From contig JAYYZJ010000005.1 in the NCBI GenBank assembly GCA_036340075.1, positions 32,001 through 96,000 of the forward strand: DNA of 64,000 nt. Reading direction: 5' to 3'. Shown here in pieces: positions 21,013 to 30,189 of this stretch; positions within the stretch are counted from its first letter, which is position 1; every line of letters begins with the position of its first letter. The position numbers and the translations under genes were made by a program. The notes below the pieces were generated by a model. The model had not been told where the DNA came from. It ran no database searches and saw only the letters and a program-made list of their open reading frames with translations. This stretch comes from Thermodesulfobacteriota bacterium (GTDB lineage Bacteria; Desulfobacterota_D; UBA1144).

Positions 21013-22527
21013 ATGAAAAGCACTGTTTATTTGGTAGGAGCTGGTCCTGGTGATTCTGGGCTAATAACAGTAAAAGGAAAAGAATTAATTTCTAAAGCTG
21101 ATGCAATCGTTTATGACTACCTGGCAAACAATGCTCTTATTAAGGAAACTAAAAAAGATTGCAAAATAATCTATGCAGGAAAAGGTCTAGGTTTTAAAGC
21201 AATGTCTCAAAATCAAATAAACAAAAAGCTGATAAATTTAGCTAAAAGTGGCCTAAAAACAATAGTTAGACTGAAAGGTGGAGATCCATTTTTATTTGGT
21301 AGAGGTGGAGAAGAAGCAGAAGACCTTAAAAAGAATAAAATTAATTTTGAAATAATTCCTGGTGTTACTTCTGCAATCGCAGTACCTGCATACGCAGGAA
21401 TTCCAGTAACTCATAGAAATATAACAAGTACTTTAGCAATCGTTACAGGTCATGAAGATCCAGAAAAAAATAAAACATCTATTGCATGGGATGGTTTAGC
21501 AAAAATGAAATCTATAGTATTTTTGATGGGAACTAAAAATTTAAAAAAGAACTTAAGAAATTTGATAGATAATGGTATGTCAAGAAATACAAAGATAGCC
21601 GCTATTAATTGGGGGACTTATTCTAAACAAAAAACAGTTGTAGGAACATTTGAAGACATACATGAAAAAATTAGGTCTAATAAAATCACATCCCCATCAA
21701 TAATTGTAATAGGTGAAATTTGTAAGCTAAGAAGAACATTAAACTGGTTTGAGAAAAAACCACTTTTTGGAAAAAATATAGTTGTAACAAGAGCTAGAAA
21801 AAATGCTAGTGTCTTGTCTCAAGAAATAATCAACCTTGGAGGAAATGCAATTGAAATTCCAACAATTGAAATTAAGTCTAAGCCATCTAGAACTATTCAG
21901 AATAATATAAAAGACATGAAAAACTATGATTGGCTTATTTTTACAAGTGTAAATGGAGTGGAAATATTTTTCGATGAGTTTATTAAAAAGTTTAAAGACA
22001 TAAGGAAACTTGGTGATGTCAAAATAGCCGCCATTGGTTCAGAAACAAGTAGAGCAATTAAAAACCTAAAAATTAATGTAGACCTTGTACCCAAACTTTT
22101 TACAGCCGAAGGCTTAATCGGAACTTTCAAAAAGAGAAAAATTAAAAATACTAGAATACTTGTCCCAAGAGCTGAGCTAGCAAGGGATACTTTAATTAAA
22201 GAGTTGAGAATTAGTGGAAATATAGTAAAAGAACTAAAAATCTATGATACTGTTTTACCTTCAAAAGAAAATAAAAAAGTAATCCAGAATAGAATTTATA
22301 AAAATAAGATTGATTATATAACTTTTACAAGTTCTTCTACTGTTGACAATTTTTTTAAATATATAAGCCCTTCACAAATAAAGAAACAAAAAAATATAGC
22401 ATATGTATGTATAGGCCCTATAACAGCGAAGACACTAAAAAAATACAAAATTAAGCCAAGTTTAATTTGTAAAAAATACACTATAGATAATCTACTGAAA
22501 GAAATTGTGAAGTTTGCTAAGAAATGA
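21013..22527 (+). CDS. cobA: Fused uroporphyrinogen-III C-methyltransferase / uroporphyrinogen-III synthase (CobA-HemD)
   Basis: VGAGPGD and RLKGGDPFLFGRGGEE, then a HemD domain (VVTRA, FTSVNGV, FTSSST); start ATG 21013. Confidence 0.93.
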   Translation: MKSTVYLVGAGPGDSGLITVKGKELISKADAIVYDYLANNALIKETKKDCKIIYAGKGLGFKAMSQNQINKKLINLAKSGLKTIVRLKGGDPFLFGRGGEEAEDLKKNKINFEIIPGVTSAIAVPAYAGIPVTHRNITSTLAIVTGHEDPEKNKTSIAWDGLAKMKSIVFLMGTKNLKKNLRNLIDNGMSRNTKIAAINWGTYSKQKTVVGTFEDIHEKIRSNKITSPSIIVIGEICKLRRTLNWFEKKPLFGKNIVVTRARKNASVLSQEIINLGGNAIEIPTIEIKSKPSRTIQNNIKDMKNYDWLIFTSVNGVEIFFDEFIKKFKDIRKLGDVKIAAIGSETSRAIKNLKINVDLVPKLFTAEGLIGTFKKRKIKNTRILVPRAELARDTLIKELRISGNIVKELKIYDTVLPSKENKKVIQNRIYKNKIDYITFTSSSTVDNFFKYISPSQIKKQKNIAYVCIGPITAKTLKKYKIKPSLICKKYTIDNLLKEIVKFAKK

Positions 22528-23237
22528 ATAGATTTTTTGTTGATGAAAAGATAAATAGAGATCAAGAATTGAAAATAGAAGGTGATAATTTTCATCACTG
22601 TATAACGGTTCTTAAACATAAAATTGGAGACAATATCGTAATCTTTGATAATACTGAGAGTGAATACCATTGCAAAATAATCGGAATAAAAAAACACCAT
22701 TTTTTAGTTGAGATTCAATATTTAATGCCAAAGAAAGAAGCTGGACCTAGAATTCAGGTATATCAGTGCATGCCCAAAGGAAAAACAATAGAAGATATTA
22801 TCGAGAAATCTGTTGAACTTGGTGTTTCAATCTTAATACCTGTTGTATCTGAAAGAACGATTAAAAAATCTAAAGAGGTCAAAGAAAGATGGCTAGATAT
22901 TATAGAGAGTGCCACGAAGCAATGCGGAAGAAATGATTTCATGAAAATCTCTGAACCGATATCATTTTTTGAAATATTTGGGATTGATGACTCAGATTTA
23001 AAGATAATCTTTTATGAAAATAGCGAAAACAGAATGCATAATTGTAATTTTCGAGCTAAAGATGTTAATACAATATCAATTATTATAGGGCCAGAAGGTG
23101 GGTTTAGCCAAAAAGAAGTTGCTTTAGCAAAAGAAAATGATTTTGAAGATATCTCTCTAGGAAACACTGTATTAAAATCGACAACTGCATTAATTTTAGG
23201 TGTCGGTCTAATAAAAATGGTTGTTAATAATAATTAA
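22524..23237 (+). CDS. rsmE: 16S rRNA m3U1498 methyltransferase
   Basis: EKSVELGV, ATKQCGR, IGPEGGFS. Confidence 0.9.
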   Translation: MNRFFVDEKINRDQELKIEGDNFHHCITVLKHKIGDNIVIFDNTESEYHCKIIGIKKHHFLVEIQYLMPKKEAGPRIQVYQCMPKGKTIEDIIEKSVELGVSILIPVVSERTIKKSKEVKERWLDIIESATKQCGRNDFMKISEPISFFEIFGIDDSDLKIIFYENSENRMHNCNFRAKDVNTISIIIGPEGGFSQKEVALAKENDFEDISLGNTVLKSTTALILGVGLIKMVVNNN

Positions 23238-23572
23238 ACTTTTAGAAAGAAAATTTTAACTAATCCCATAGCTAAAGCAGTAATACCGCAACAACAAATC
23301 ATAGTAATTACAAATGAATATCCATTTTTAAGCATGTAAGGTAGAAGTAAGAACATAGGTACTGTAGCTAAACCAAAATATAAAATCTCAAGACTTAAAC
23401 TTGCAATTCTTTCAGTATCTTTAGTCTCATAATAAATCCATGAAAAAGTAATTAAGGATACTAAAGGAAGAGCTATTATGAGAGCAGCTAACACAGTACT
23501 TCTTTTTGAAACTTCAGAAGCTAAAACTATAATCGCTGCAGATATAAGTAACTTGATAATATACTGAGTCAT
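23234..23572 (-). CDS. DUF3147-like small membrane protein
   Basis: 4 TM; pattern IVLASEVSKRS...ALPLVS; last gene of the ccm run. Confidence 0.7.
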   Translation of the reverse strand: MTQYIIKLLISAAIIVLASEVSKRSTVLAALIIALPLVSLITFSWIYYETKDTERIASLSLEILYFGLATVPMFLLLPYMLKNGYSFVITMICCCGITALAMGLVKIFFLKV

Positions 23573-23573
23573 A

Positions 23574-24842
23574 CTAATTCCTTTTTTTAATTATACTAAA
23601 CCCTAGACCAATTATGATAAATAATAAAAAAATTCCAGCAACGACAGTTTTTGTACTAAAAATTGAGTCATACTTTTTAAATTCTAAGATAATTGAATCA
23701 CCATTTTTAATATTTACTATAGAATAAGTAGTATATTCTTCATCAACAAACTCTTTAATATTGGTATCTTTCTTTGTGTATTCTAAATTTTTGATATCAA
23801 ATGATAATTTATTTTCTGGAATAATAATTGTTAAATTCGGTATATTGTTTAAAAAGACCTTAGAGATTGAAGTAGAAAATAAATTTAATTTTAATGTATA
23901 TGTTAGAACTAATCTTCTAACTCCTGGTGGCATAGGAAGAGTATCTGTTATTTTATTATCAGACACTATAAATGTGTCAGGATTTCTATGAGGAAAGCTT
24001 AGGTTTTGAGTTTTAGAGAATAGAGAATAGTCATTTATTAATCTTACTTTTTCACTAAAAATATTCTCTCCAACAAAAATATTTCTTGAAGAATTATTAA
24101 CATTAATTATTTCTGCGACGACTAGTGATTTCGAACTTTCATCATAAGTAATTATAAAATGTGCTGATTCTACTTTTATATTGTCTTTATTCTGTGTTGT
24201 GTCGAATACAGTTAAATCAATTTTCTTTTCTTTTTCTTTTGGCAAGAAATAAAATTTATCTGTAGAGTATTCAATACCATTGTGCATAAGTATGATTTTA
24301 TAGGCCGAATTTCCCTTTAGATTATCAAAAGAAAAATTGCCATTTTTAATTAATTTCTTCTTTGAAAATAAAACTTTATCGGCTAATAAAGATCTAAGCT
24401 CAATTTCTTTATTATTAAGAAATTTATCTGTAGTAAAATTATTTACCTTACCAGCAATCTTTCCCTTAGTATTTTTTCTAATCCCTTTCTTATTATTTCT
24501 TATATAATTAATAATAGATTTAGCTTCTATTGAATTTACTTGCATGTTAGGCATTGGTGGATAGCCAATATTAATAGGCATTTTTGAATACTTCTTATAA
24601 ATAGATTCTGGATTAGTAATCCACGTAATTAAATCTTCTTCTGAATATTTGTCTAATGCATCATATAAATCTGGTCCAGCAAATTTACCTCTACCAATTG
24701 TATGACAAGTAATACATCTTTTTTCAATAAAAAGATTTGACCCTGGCTTCTCTTCACTTAAAGATGCTTTGCTAACGAATATAACAAATAATACGAAAAT
24801 AAAATGAAGTAAAAGTTTTAATTTTAGATTAATTTTATTCAT
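23574..24842 (-). CDS. Monoheme cytochrome c fused to a beta-rich periplasmic region with a C-terminal TM anchor
   Basis: Signal/TM, CITCH, GPDL, distal PPMP Met, about 270 aa beta-rich region, C-terminal TM plus KKRN. Confidence 0.82.
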   Translation of the reverse strand: MNKINLKLKLLLHFIFVLFVIFVSKASLSEEKPGSNLFIEKRCITCHTIGRGKFAGPDLYDALDKYSEEDLITWITNPESIYKKYSKMPINIGYPPMPNMQVNSIEAKSIINYIRNNKKGIRKNTKGKIAGKVNNFTTDKFLNNKEIELRSLLADKVLFSKKKLIKNGNFSFDNLKGNSAYKIILMHNGIEYSTDKFYFLPKEKEKKIDLTVFDTTQNKDNIKVESAHFIITYDESSKSLVVAEIINVNNSSRNIFVGENIFSEKVRLINDYSLFSKTQNLSFPHRNPDTFIVSDNKITDTLPMPPGVRRLVLTYTLKLNLFSTSISKVFLNNIPNLTIIIPENKLSFDIKNLEYTKKDTNIKEFVDEEYTTYSIVNIKNGDSIILEFKKYDSIFSTKTVVAGIFLLFIIIGLGFSIIKKRN

Positions 24843-24948
24843 CCCAATTAGTTTTCTTTATCTTATTTTCATTGTCCATAAAAATTGGGGAAAGCACATA
24901 AGACAAAACAACAATGGTAATCAAAGACGAAATTATAAGACTACTCAT
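24835..24948 (-). CDS. Small single-TM protein (37 aa) inside the ccm operon
   Basis: Manual translation MSSLIISSLITIVVLSYVLSPIFMDNENKIKKTNWDE; overlaps ccmF and the cytochrome gene by 8 bp each, exactly filling the gap. Confidence 0.6.
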   Translation of the reverse strand: MSSLIISSLITIVVLSYVLSPIFMDNENKIKKTNWDE

Positions 24949-26866
24949 AATTGTTTCTTCTCCTAATCATAAGTACTGCTCCACCTATTATTGATACCAT
25001 ACTCCCAATCCATAAGAATGATACTAAAGGATTAATATAGACTTTGAAGTTAAAATTTCCTTTTAAATTTTGATCAATAAGAATTAAATAATAGTCTCTA
25101 GTTAAAGTAGAGTATATGGCAACCTCAGTCTCTTTGTTAATCTCCCTATTACCTTCATATTTGTAATTATTTTGTTCAGGGTTAAGAAGGTATTTGTCAT
25201 CACCATCATACAAAGCTAATCTAGCTCCTAATATTTTCTTTGCCTCATTTTCCTTTTCGTATACATCCGTAAGTTCTATCTTGTAATTACCTACGATTGC
25301 AGTTTCTCCTTTTTTTAAACTTATATCGTATCTTGATGCAAAAACAGAGGAGTAATTAATTCCTAATACAATCAGTACGATTCCTAAATGGACTACAAAT
25401 GCGCAGTATCTTCTGGCTTTAAATTTAATTACTTCTTTTGACTTATTTTTATATTGAAATCTAAAATCTATAATTAGTTCTTTAAGCATTACGGAGATAA
25501 CCAAGAGAGATAAAAAAAGAATCATACTTGTTTTGTAGTCATATGTTAAAACAAAAGATATGAGACTGAAAATTGTAGAGATTATCAATGGAGCAAGCAA
25601 GTATTTAAATAAAATATCTGGACTTCCTTTCTTCCAAGGGACTATGGGTGCTATAGACATTAATAACATTAGCAATAAAATATTTGGGAAATTAACTAAA
25701 TTATAAAAGCTTGGTCCAACCAATATTCTTTCTCCTGTTATAAATTCAGATAATATTGGAAAAGTTGTTCCTAATAAGACTGTAAGAGTTATAACTAAAA
25801 AAAATATATTGTTAAAAATAAAAAAATTCTCTTTTGATATAAGTGAATTTATTTCTTCGTCTGATTCAATATGGCTTCTATTTTTATAATATGACCAAAA
25901 AGAAATTATCAAAATAAGCAATATAAATGCTATGAAATAGTTTGCTATTCCTGATTGCGCAAACGAATGTACAGATGAAATTAAACCACTTCTAGTTATA
26001 AAAGTTCCAAAAATTGAAAGAAAGAACGCTAGGAAGATTAAAAAAACATTCCATTTTCTTAATAAACTTCTTGATTCCTGTGCCATTGAGGAGTGCAAAA
26101 AAGCAGTTAAAACTAGCCATGGCATCAGGGCTACATTCTCTACCGGATCCCAGGCCCAATATCCACCCCAACCTAATTCTAAATACGCCCATCTTGATCC
26201 TAAAAGAAGACCTGCTGATAAAAAAACCCAACTAAAATAAGTCCAGCGTTTAGAAATTTTAATCCATTTATCAGAATTATCTTTAGCTAGGATTGAGGCA
26301 ATAGAAAATGCGAAAGGTACTGTAAGAGCGATATATCCAACATATAGAGTTACTGGATGAATCGCCATATAGATATTTTGTAAAATCGGATTCAATCCTC
26401 TACCATTTGCTTCTGGTGACATTAATGTTTCAAAGGGGCTCTCAATAAAAACTATAAGAAGGATAAAGAATACGAGCACGAATAGAATTGATGCTTGAGT
26501 TATAGGGATTAATTTGTCTCTCGACTTTGTTATGGAGACAATAAATAAATAAATTGACATAATCCATGACCAAAGAAGAAGTGATCCTTCTTGGCCTGCC
26601 CATAAAGCAGCTACAGAATACATCATAGACAAATCATTACTTACATTTTTAGCAACATATGCATTTGTATAATCTTTGGTGATTAACAAATAAATTAAGA
26701 TTCCTATTGTAATTGTTAATAGGACTAAGACAGAATTAATACAGCGAGTTCCTATAAATACAAATCTATTCTCTTTTCTTAATATTCCCAAGCAAAGAAA
26801 AGAGAATCCTAAGGAAGCAACTAAAAATGAAAGAAAAAGAGATGCCTCTCCAACACTATTGAACAA
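24941..26866 (-). CDS. ccmF: Heme lyase CcmF
   Basis: WAGQEGSLLLW, IHP, WGGYWAWDPVEN, FLHS, SVHSFA, VHLG. Confidence 0.95.
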   Translation of the reverse strand: MFNSVGEASLFLSFLVASLGFSFLCLGILRKENRFVFIGTRCINSVLVLLTITIGILIYLLITKDYTNAYVAKNVSNDLSMMYSVAALWAGQEGSLLLWSWIMSIYLFIVSITKSRDKLIPITQASILFVLVFFILLIVFIESPFETLMSPEANGRGLNPILQNIYMAIHPVTLYVGYIALTVPFAFSIASILAKDNSDKWIKISKRWTYFSWVFLSAGLLLGSRWAYLELGWGGYWAWDPVENVALMPWLVLTAFLHSSMAQESRSLLRKWNVFLIFLAFFLSIFGTFITRSGLISSVHSFAQSGIANYFIAFILLILIISFWSYYKNRSHIESDEEINSLISKENFFIFNNIFFLVITLTVLLGTTFPILSEFITGERILVGPSFYNLVNFPNILLLMLLMSIAPIVPWKKGSPDILFKYLLAPLIISTIFSLISFVLTYDYKTSMILFLSLLVISVMLKELIIDFRFQYKNKSKEVIKFKARRYCAFVVHLGIVLIVLGINYSSVFASRYDISLKKGETAIVGNYKIELTDVYEKENEAKKILGARLALYDGDDKYLLNPEQNNYKYEGNREINKETEVAIYSTLTRDYYLILIDQNLKGNFNFKVYINPLVSFLWIGSMVSIIGGAVLMIRRRNNYE

Positions 26867-27269
26867 TGGTCGACCTATTATCCACTAATTTTTCCTCCTC
26901 ATATTTTGTTGGACATTTAGCAAACAACTTGTTAGCAAAAAAAGTATCTTTATCCATAGAGCCTTCAACTACCGCCTCTATGTTGTCTTTGAAAATATCA
27001 GGTATCACTCCTTTATATTCTACATAAATCATGGAATTTTGGTCTTTAATTTTAAATGAAATTGAACCATCTTCGTTTGTTTTTATTGAACCCTCTTGAA
27101 CAATGCCTGAAACTCTTAATCTCTTTATCTTACTAAAAGATTTAGCTTCAACTGCCTCAGATACTGTAAGGTAGTAAACCAATGAAGACTCTATCGCCTT
27201 ATAAATAAGAAACGAGAAGAAAAGGATTAGGAATATTGAGAGTATCTTTATCTTGTTTTTTGGCGACAT
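26856..27269 (-). CDS. ccmE: Heme chaperone CcmE, CxxxY (System I*) type
   Basis: YYLTVSE, PDIFK, AKCPTKY. Confidence 0.92.
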   Translation of the reverse strand: MSPKNKIKILSIFLILFFSFLIYKAIESSLVYYLTVSEAVEAKSFSKIKRLRVSGIVQEGSIKTNEDGSISFKIKDQNSMIYVEYKGVIPDIFKDNIEAVVEGSMDKDTFFANKLFAKCPTKYEEEKLVDNRSTIVQ

Positions 27270-27271
27270 TA

Positions 27272-27379
27272 TTAACGCTTCCTGTTAATTTTATTATTAA
27301 TATAGAAAAGATATCCAAAAAGAATTAGCCAACAAACGACTTGAGAGTAAAAAAGATATTCTAAAGAATCTATAACCAT
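27272..27379 (-). CDS. ccmD: Heme exporter protein CcmD (35 aa)
   Basis: Manual translation MVIDSLEYLFYSQVVCWLILFGYLFYINNKINRKR: one TM plus basic tail, between ccmC and ccmE. Confidence 0.8.
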   Translation of the reverse strand: MVIDSLEYLFYSQVVCWLILFGYLFYINNKINRKR

Positions 27380-27402
27380 GTCAGTATTTTAACTTCGAAT
27401 CA

Positions 27403-28032
27403 CTATTTATCTAGTTTTAATCTTAGGTCGAAAATGGAAAGATACAAGAAAAAGAAACCAGCTAATGTAACAAGCAATGTGTCCATCATTTCTGGCGAAA
27501 TTCCTCCTCCCTCTCCACCAAAGACAACAGGAGAAATTCCTCTCATTACTCGAACTGAAATATAAACTATTGGCAAATCTATAAAACTTATTATTGCAAA
27601 AACTGCTGCATATCTAGGCACTCCTGCGCTAGTAGAAAGCTTATGAAATACAAGATAAGAAGAATACAAAAGCAATAGAATAAAAGTAGTAGTTAATTGA
27701 GGATCCCAAGTCCACCATGTCCCCCAAATTGGTTTCGCCCAAAACATTCCTGAAATTATTGTTAAAAGAGTGAAAACTACTCCTATTTCTCCATTTACAT
27801 ATGCATACACAGAATTGATTTTTTTGTTATCAACAAGAAACTTAATTGAAAAAAACAAATTCATTATAAAAGCGATTGTGAAAACTAGTACATATGCCAT
27901 ATGAAAATAAAATATTCTTTGTACGTCTCCCATAACGATTTCTCGTGGTGCATATATAAAAATCATATAAAGACTTATTGATATTAAAATTAGAGAGATT
28001 GTTGGCGAGAATTTGAATAATATTTTAAGCAT
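27403..28032 (-). CDS. ccmC: Heme exporter protein CcmC
   Basis: RIFYFH and WAKPIWGTWWTWDP (WWD domain). Confidence 0.92.
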   Translation of the reverse strand: MLKILFKFSPTISLILISISLYMIFIYAPREIVMGDVQRIFYFHMAYVLVFTIAFIMNLFFSIKFLVDNKKINSVYAYVNGEIGVVFTLLTIISGMFWAKPIWGTWWTWDPQLTTTFILLLLYSSYLVFHKLSTSAGVPRYAAVFAIISFIDLPIVYISVRVMRGISPVVFGGEGGGISPEMMDTLLVTLAGFFFLYLSIFDLRLKLDK

Positions 28033-28035
28033 AAA

Positions 28036-28701
28036 TCACCTTCTTAAAGAATAACTAAAGAGTATTGGACACACAGCCAAGAGAAGTATATCGAATGCTA
28101 TAAGTACTTGCAAAGAAAATGTATTAACAAAATTAATTAAATCTAGAATATTTATTTCAGACAAGCAATTATAGGACAGTACCAAAAAGGGAATAATTAA
28201 AGGATAAATCATAATCAACATAAACTGTCCTTCGGATCTAATCCGCTCCAACATTAAAGAAAAAGTAGTGAGTATTATCGAGAGTCCCAATGAAAATGAA
28301 ATAGAAAAAATAATAAAACTAATTACATTGTTAAAGAAAAAGTCTCCCAATAAAAATATAAACATTACAAGAGCCACAATTAGTATTAAAAAATTAAGTA
28401 AAAATGTAAATAATATTTTTGATAAACATAGTACAGATAAATCGAAAGGTATATTGATAAGAATTAGCTCACCCTGCGAAGTAACTTCTTGTCTCGATAT
28501 CCTTTGATTTGTTATTAAGTTAATAATTAATATAGTAAGAAAAAACAAATGAACAGGGTTTTGTTCACCAATAAAAACAAAAAACATAAGTGATACAGCA
28601 GGAGCTAAAATTAAAAAATAAATTATATTTAATTTCTCTCTAAACTCTGACACTAAATCTTTCCATAGAATTAAGTTAACAATTGATAAATATTTTCTCA
28701 T
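28036..28701 (-). CDS. ccmB: Heme exporter permease CcmB (divergent)
   Basis: WKDL.SEFR N-terminus, about 6 TM, YPLIIP; lies between ccmA and ccmC. Confidence 0.78.
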   Translation of the reverse strand: MRKYLSIVNLILWKDLVSEFREKLNIIYFLILAPAVSLMFFVFIGEQNPVHLFFLTILIINLITNQRISRQEVTSQGELILINIPFDLSVLCLSKILFTFLLNFLILIVALVMFIFLLGDFFFNNVISFIIFSISFSLGLSIILTTFSLMLERIRSEGQFMLIMIYPLIIPFLVLSYNCLSEINILDLINFVNTFSLQVLIAFDILLLAVCPILFSYSLRR

Positions 28702-28706
28702 TAGAC

Positions 28707-29324
28707 TTACAATTCAAAAAAAGAATCAGGATTCAATCTTTCTACAAAAAAAGAATTATCTGAAACTAGCAGTGTCCCTCCGTTAGAAATATATTCGTTA
28801 ATTATCTGATTTAGATTTTCTACTGATTTAGTATCCAAAAAGCTATAAGGCTCATCAAGCAATAAGATTTCGGGTTGAATTAAAAAAGATATTAGCAAAG
28901 ATACTCTCTTTTTTATTCCATCTGACAACTCATCTACTCTTTTGTTGATAAAGTCATTAACTTGAAAGTCTTTTATTAACTTATTCCTAAAATTATAATC
29001 TTTTGATTTAAAAATACTCGAAAAGAATTTTATGTTTTCAAAAGCCGTTAATCCTTGATAAAGTGCCGAAGAACTTGGTAAATAAAATATTTGATTATGT
29101 ATTTCGTTTCCTATATTTCTTATATTGTTATTTTCGTAAAAAATATCTCCTTCGTAATCTTCAATTTGAGAAGCAACTATCTTCATCAATGTAGACTTCC
29201 CTGAACCATTAACACCTTTAATCCAAAAAATAGAATTTCTATTTACATTTAAGCTAATTGACTCAAAGACTAGATTTTCGTTATAGCTTTTCTTTAATCC
29301 TTTTATCTGTATTATGTTATCCAC
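28707..29324 (-). CDS. ccmA: Heme exporter ATPase CcmA
   Basis: [18 protein letters not shown]; first gene of the ccm operon. Confidence 0.82.
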   Translation of the reverse strand: MDNIIQIKGLKKSYNENLVFESISLNVNRNSIFWIKGVNGSGKSTLMKIVASQIEDYEGDIFYENNNIRNIGNEIHNQIFYLPSSSALYQGLTAFENIKFFSSIFKSKDYNFRNKLIKDFQVNDFINKRVDELSDGIKKRVSLLISFLIQPEILLLDEPYSFLDTKSVENLNQIINEYISNGGTLLVSDNSFFVERLNPDSFFEL

Positions 29325-29370
29325 GATATATAACTTTACTTAATTAGGGCAATAAATTAAAATTTCAAAG

Positions 29371-29751
29371 ATGAAGTTCTTACACACAATGATAAGAGTT
29401 GGAGATCTTGATAAATCAATTGACTTCTATACTAATATAATCGGTCTAAAATTAGTAAGAAAAACTGAATATCCTCATGGTGATTTTACTTTAGCTTTTC
29501 TTGCTATTAATGAAAATGATCCAGAACCTTTTTTAGAATTAACCTATAATTGGGGGATTGAAAATTACGACTTAGGCAAAGGTTTTGGGCACATAGCTAT
29601 AGGTGTCGATGATATTTATTCTATTTGTGAAATTATTAAAAACAAAGGGGGGAAGATAACTCGAGAGCCAGGTCCAATGAAAGGAAGTAAATCAATACTT
29701 GCTTTTGTTGAAGATCCAGATGGTTATAAAATTGAGTTATTGCAAAGATGA
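29371..29751 (+). CDS. gloA: Lactoylglutathione lyase (glyoxalase I)
   Basis: LHTMIRV, LELTYNW, GFGHIAI, DPDGYKIEL. Confidence 0.95.
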   Translation: MKFLHTMIRVGDLDKSIDFYTNIIGLKLVRKTEYPHGDFTLAFLAINENDPEPFLELTYNWGIENYDLGKGFGHIAIGVDDIYSICEIIKNKGGKITREPGPMKGSKSILAFVEDPDGYKIELLQR

Positions 29752-29752
29752 A

Positions 29753-30157
29753 ATGATATCCGTAACAAGAAAGGCGAATTTTAATGCTGCGCATAGACTA
29801 CATAATCCTAATTGGTCAGATAAAAAAAATGCCGAATTCTATGGATTATGCAACAATGAAAACTATCATGGACACAATTACGAATTAGAAGTAACAGTTA
29901 CAGGAGAAATTGACAGCGAATCTGGATATTTAATTGATTTAAAATATCTTGGCAATGTAATAGAACAAGAAATAGAGTTGAAATTTGATCATAAAAATTT
30001 AAATCTTGATACTACAGAATTCGAGAATTTAATACCCACTGCAGAAAATATAGCTATAGTCATTTGGAAAATTCTTAGAAATAAAATAAAAAAGGAGCTC
30101 GAAATAAAGGTTCGTCTTCATGAAACACCAAGAAACTATGTGGAATACTCTGGTTAG
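29753..30157 (+). CDS. 6-pyruvoyl/6-carboxy-tetrahydropterin synthase (PTPS/QueD family)
   Basis: FNAAHRL, CNNENYHGHNY, DHKNLN, PTAEN, ET motifs; start ATG 29753. Confidence 0.9.
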   Translation: MISVTRKANFNAAHRLHNPNWSDKKNAEFYGLCNNENYHGHNYELEVTVTGEIDSESGYLIDLKYLGNVIEQEIELKFDHKNLNLDTTEFENLIPTAENIAIVIWKILRNKIKKELEIKVRLHETPRNYVEYSG

Positions 30158-30189
30158 AACTTATAGTAATTTAGTTTATATTTATTGTT

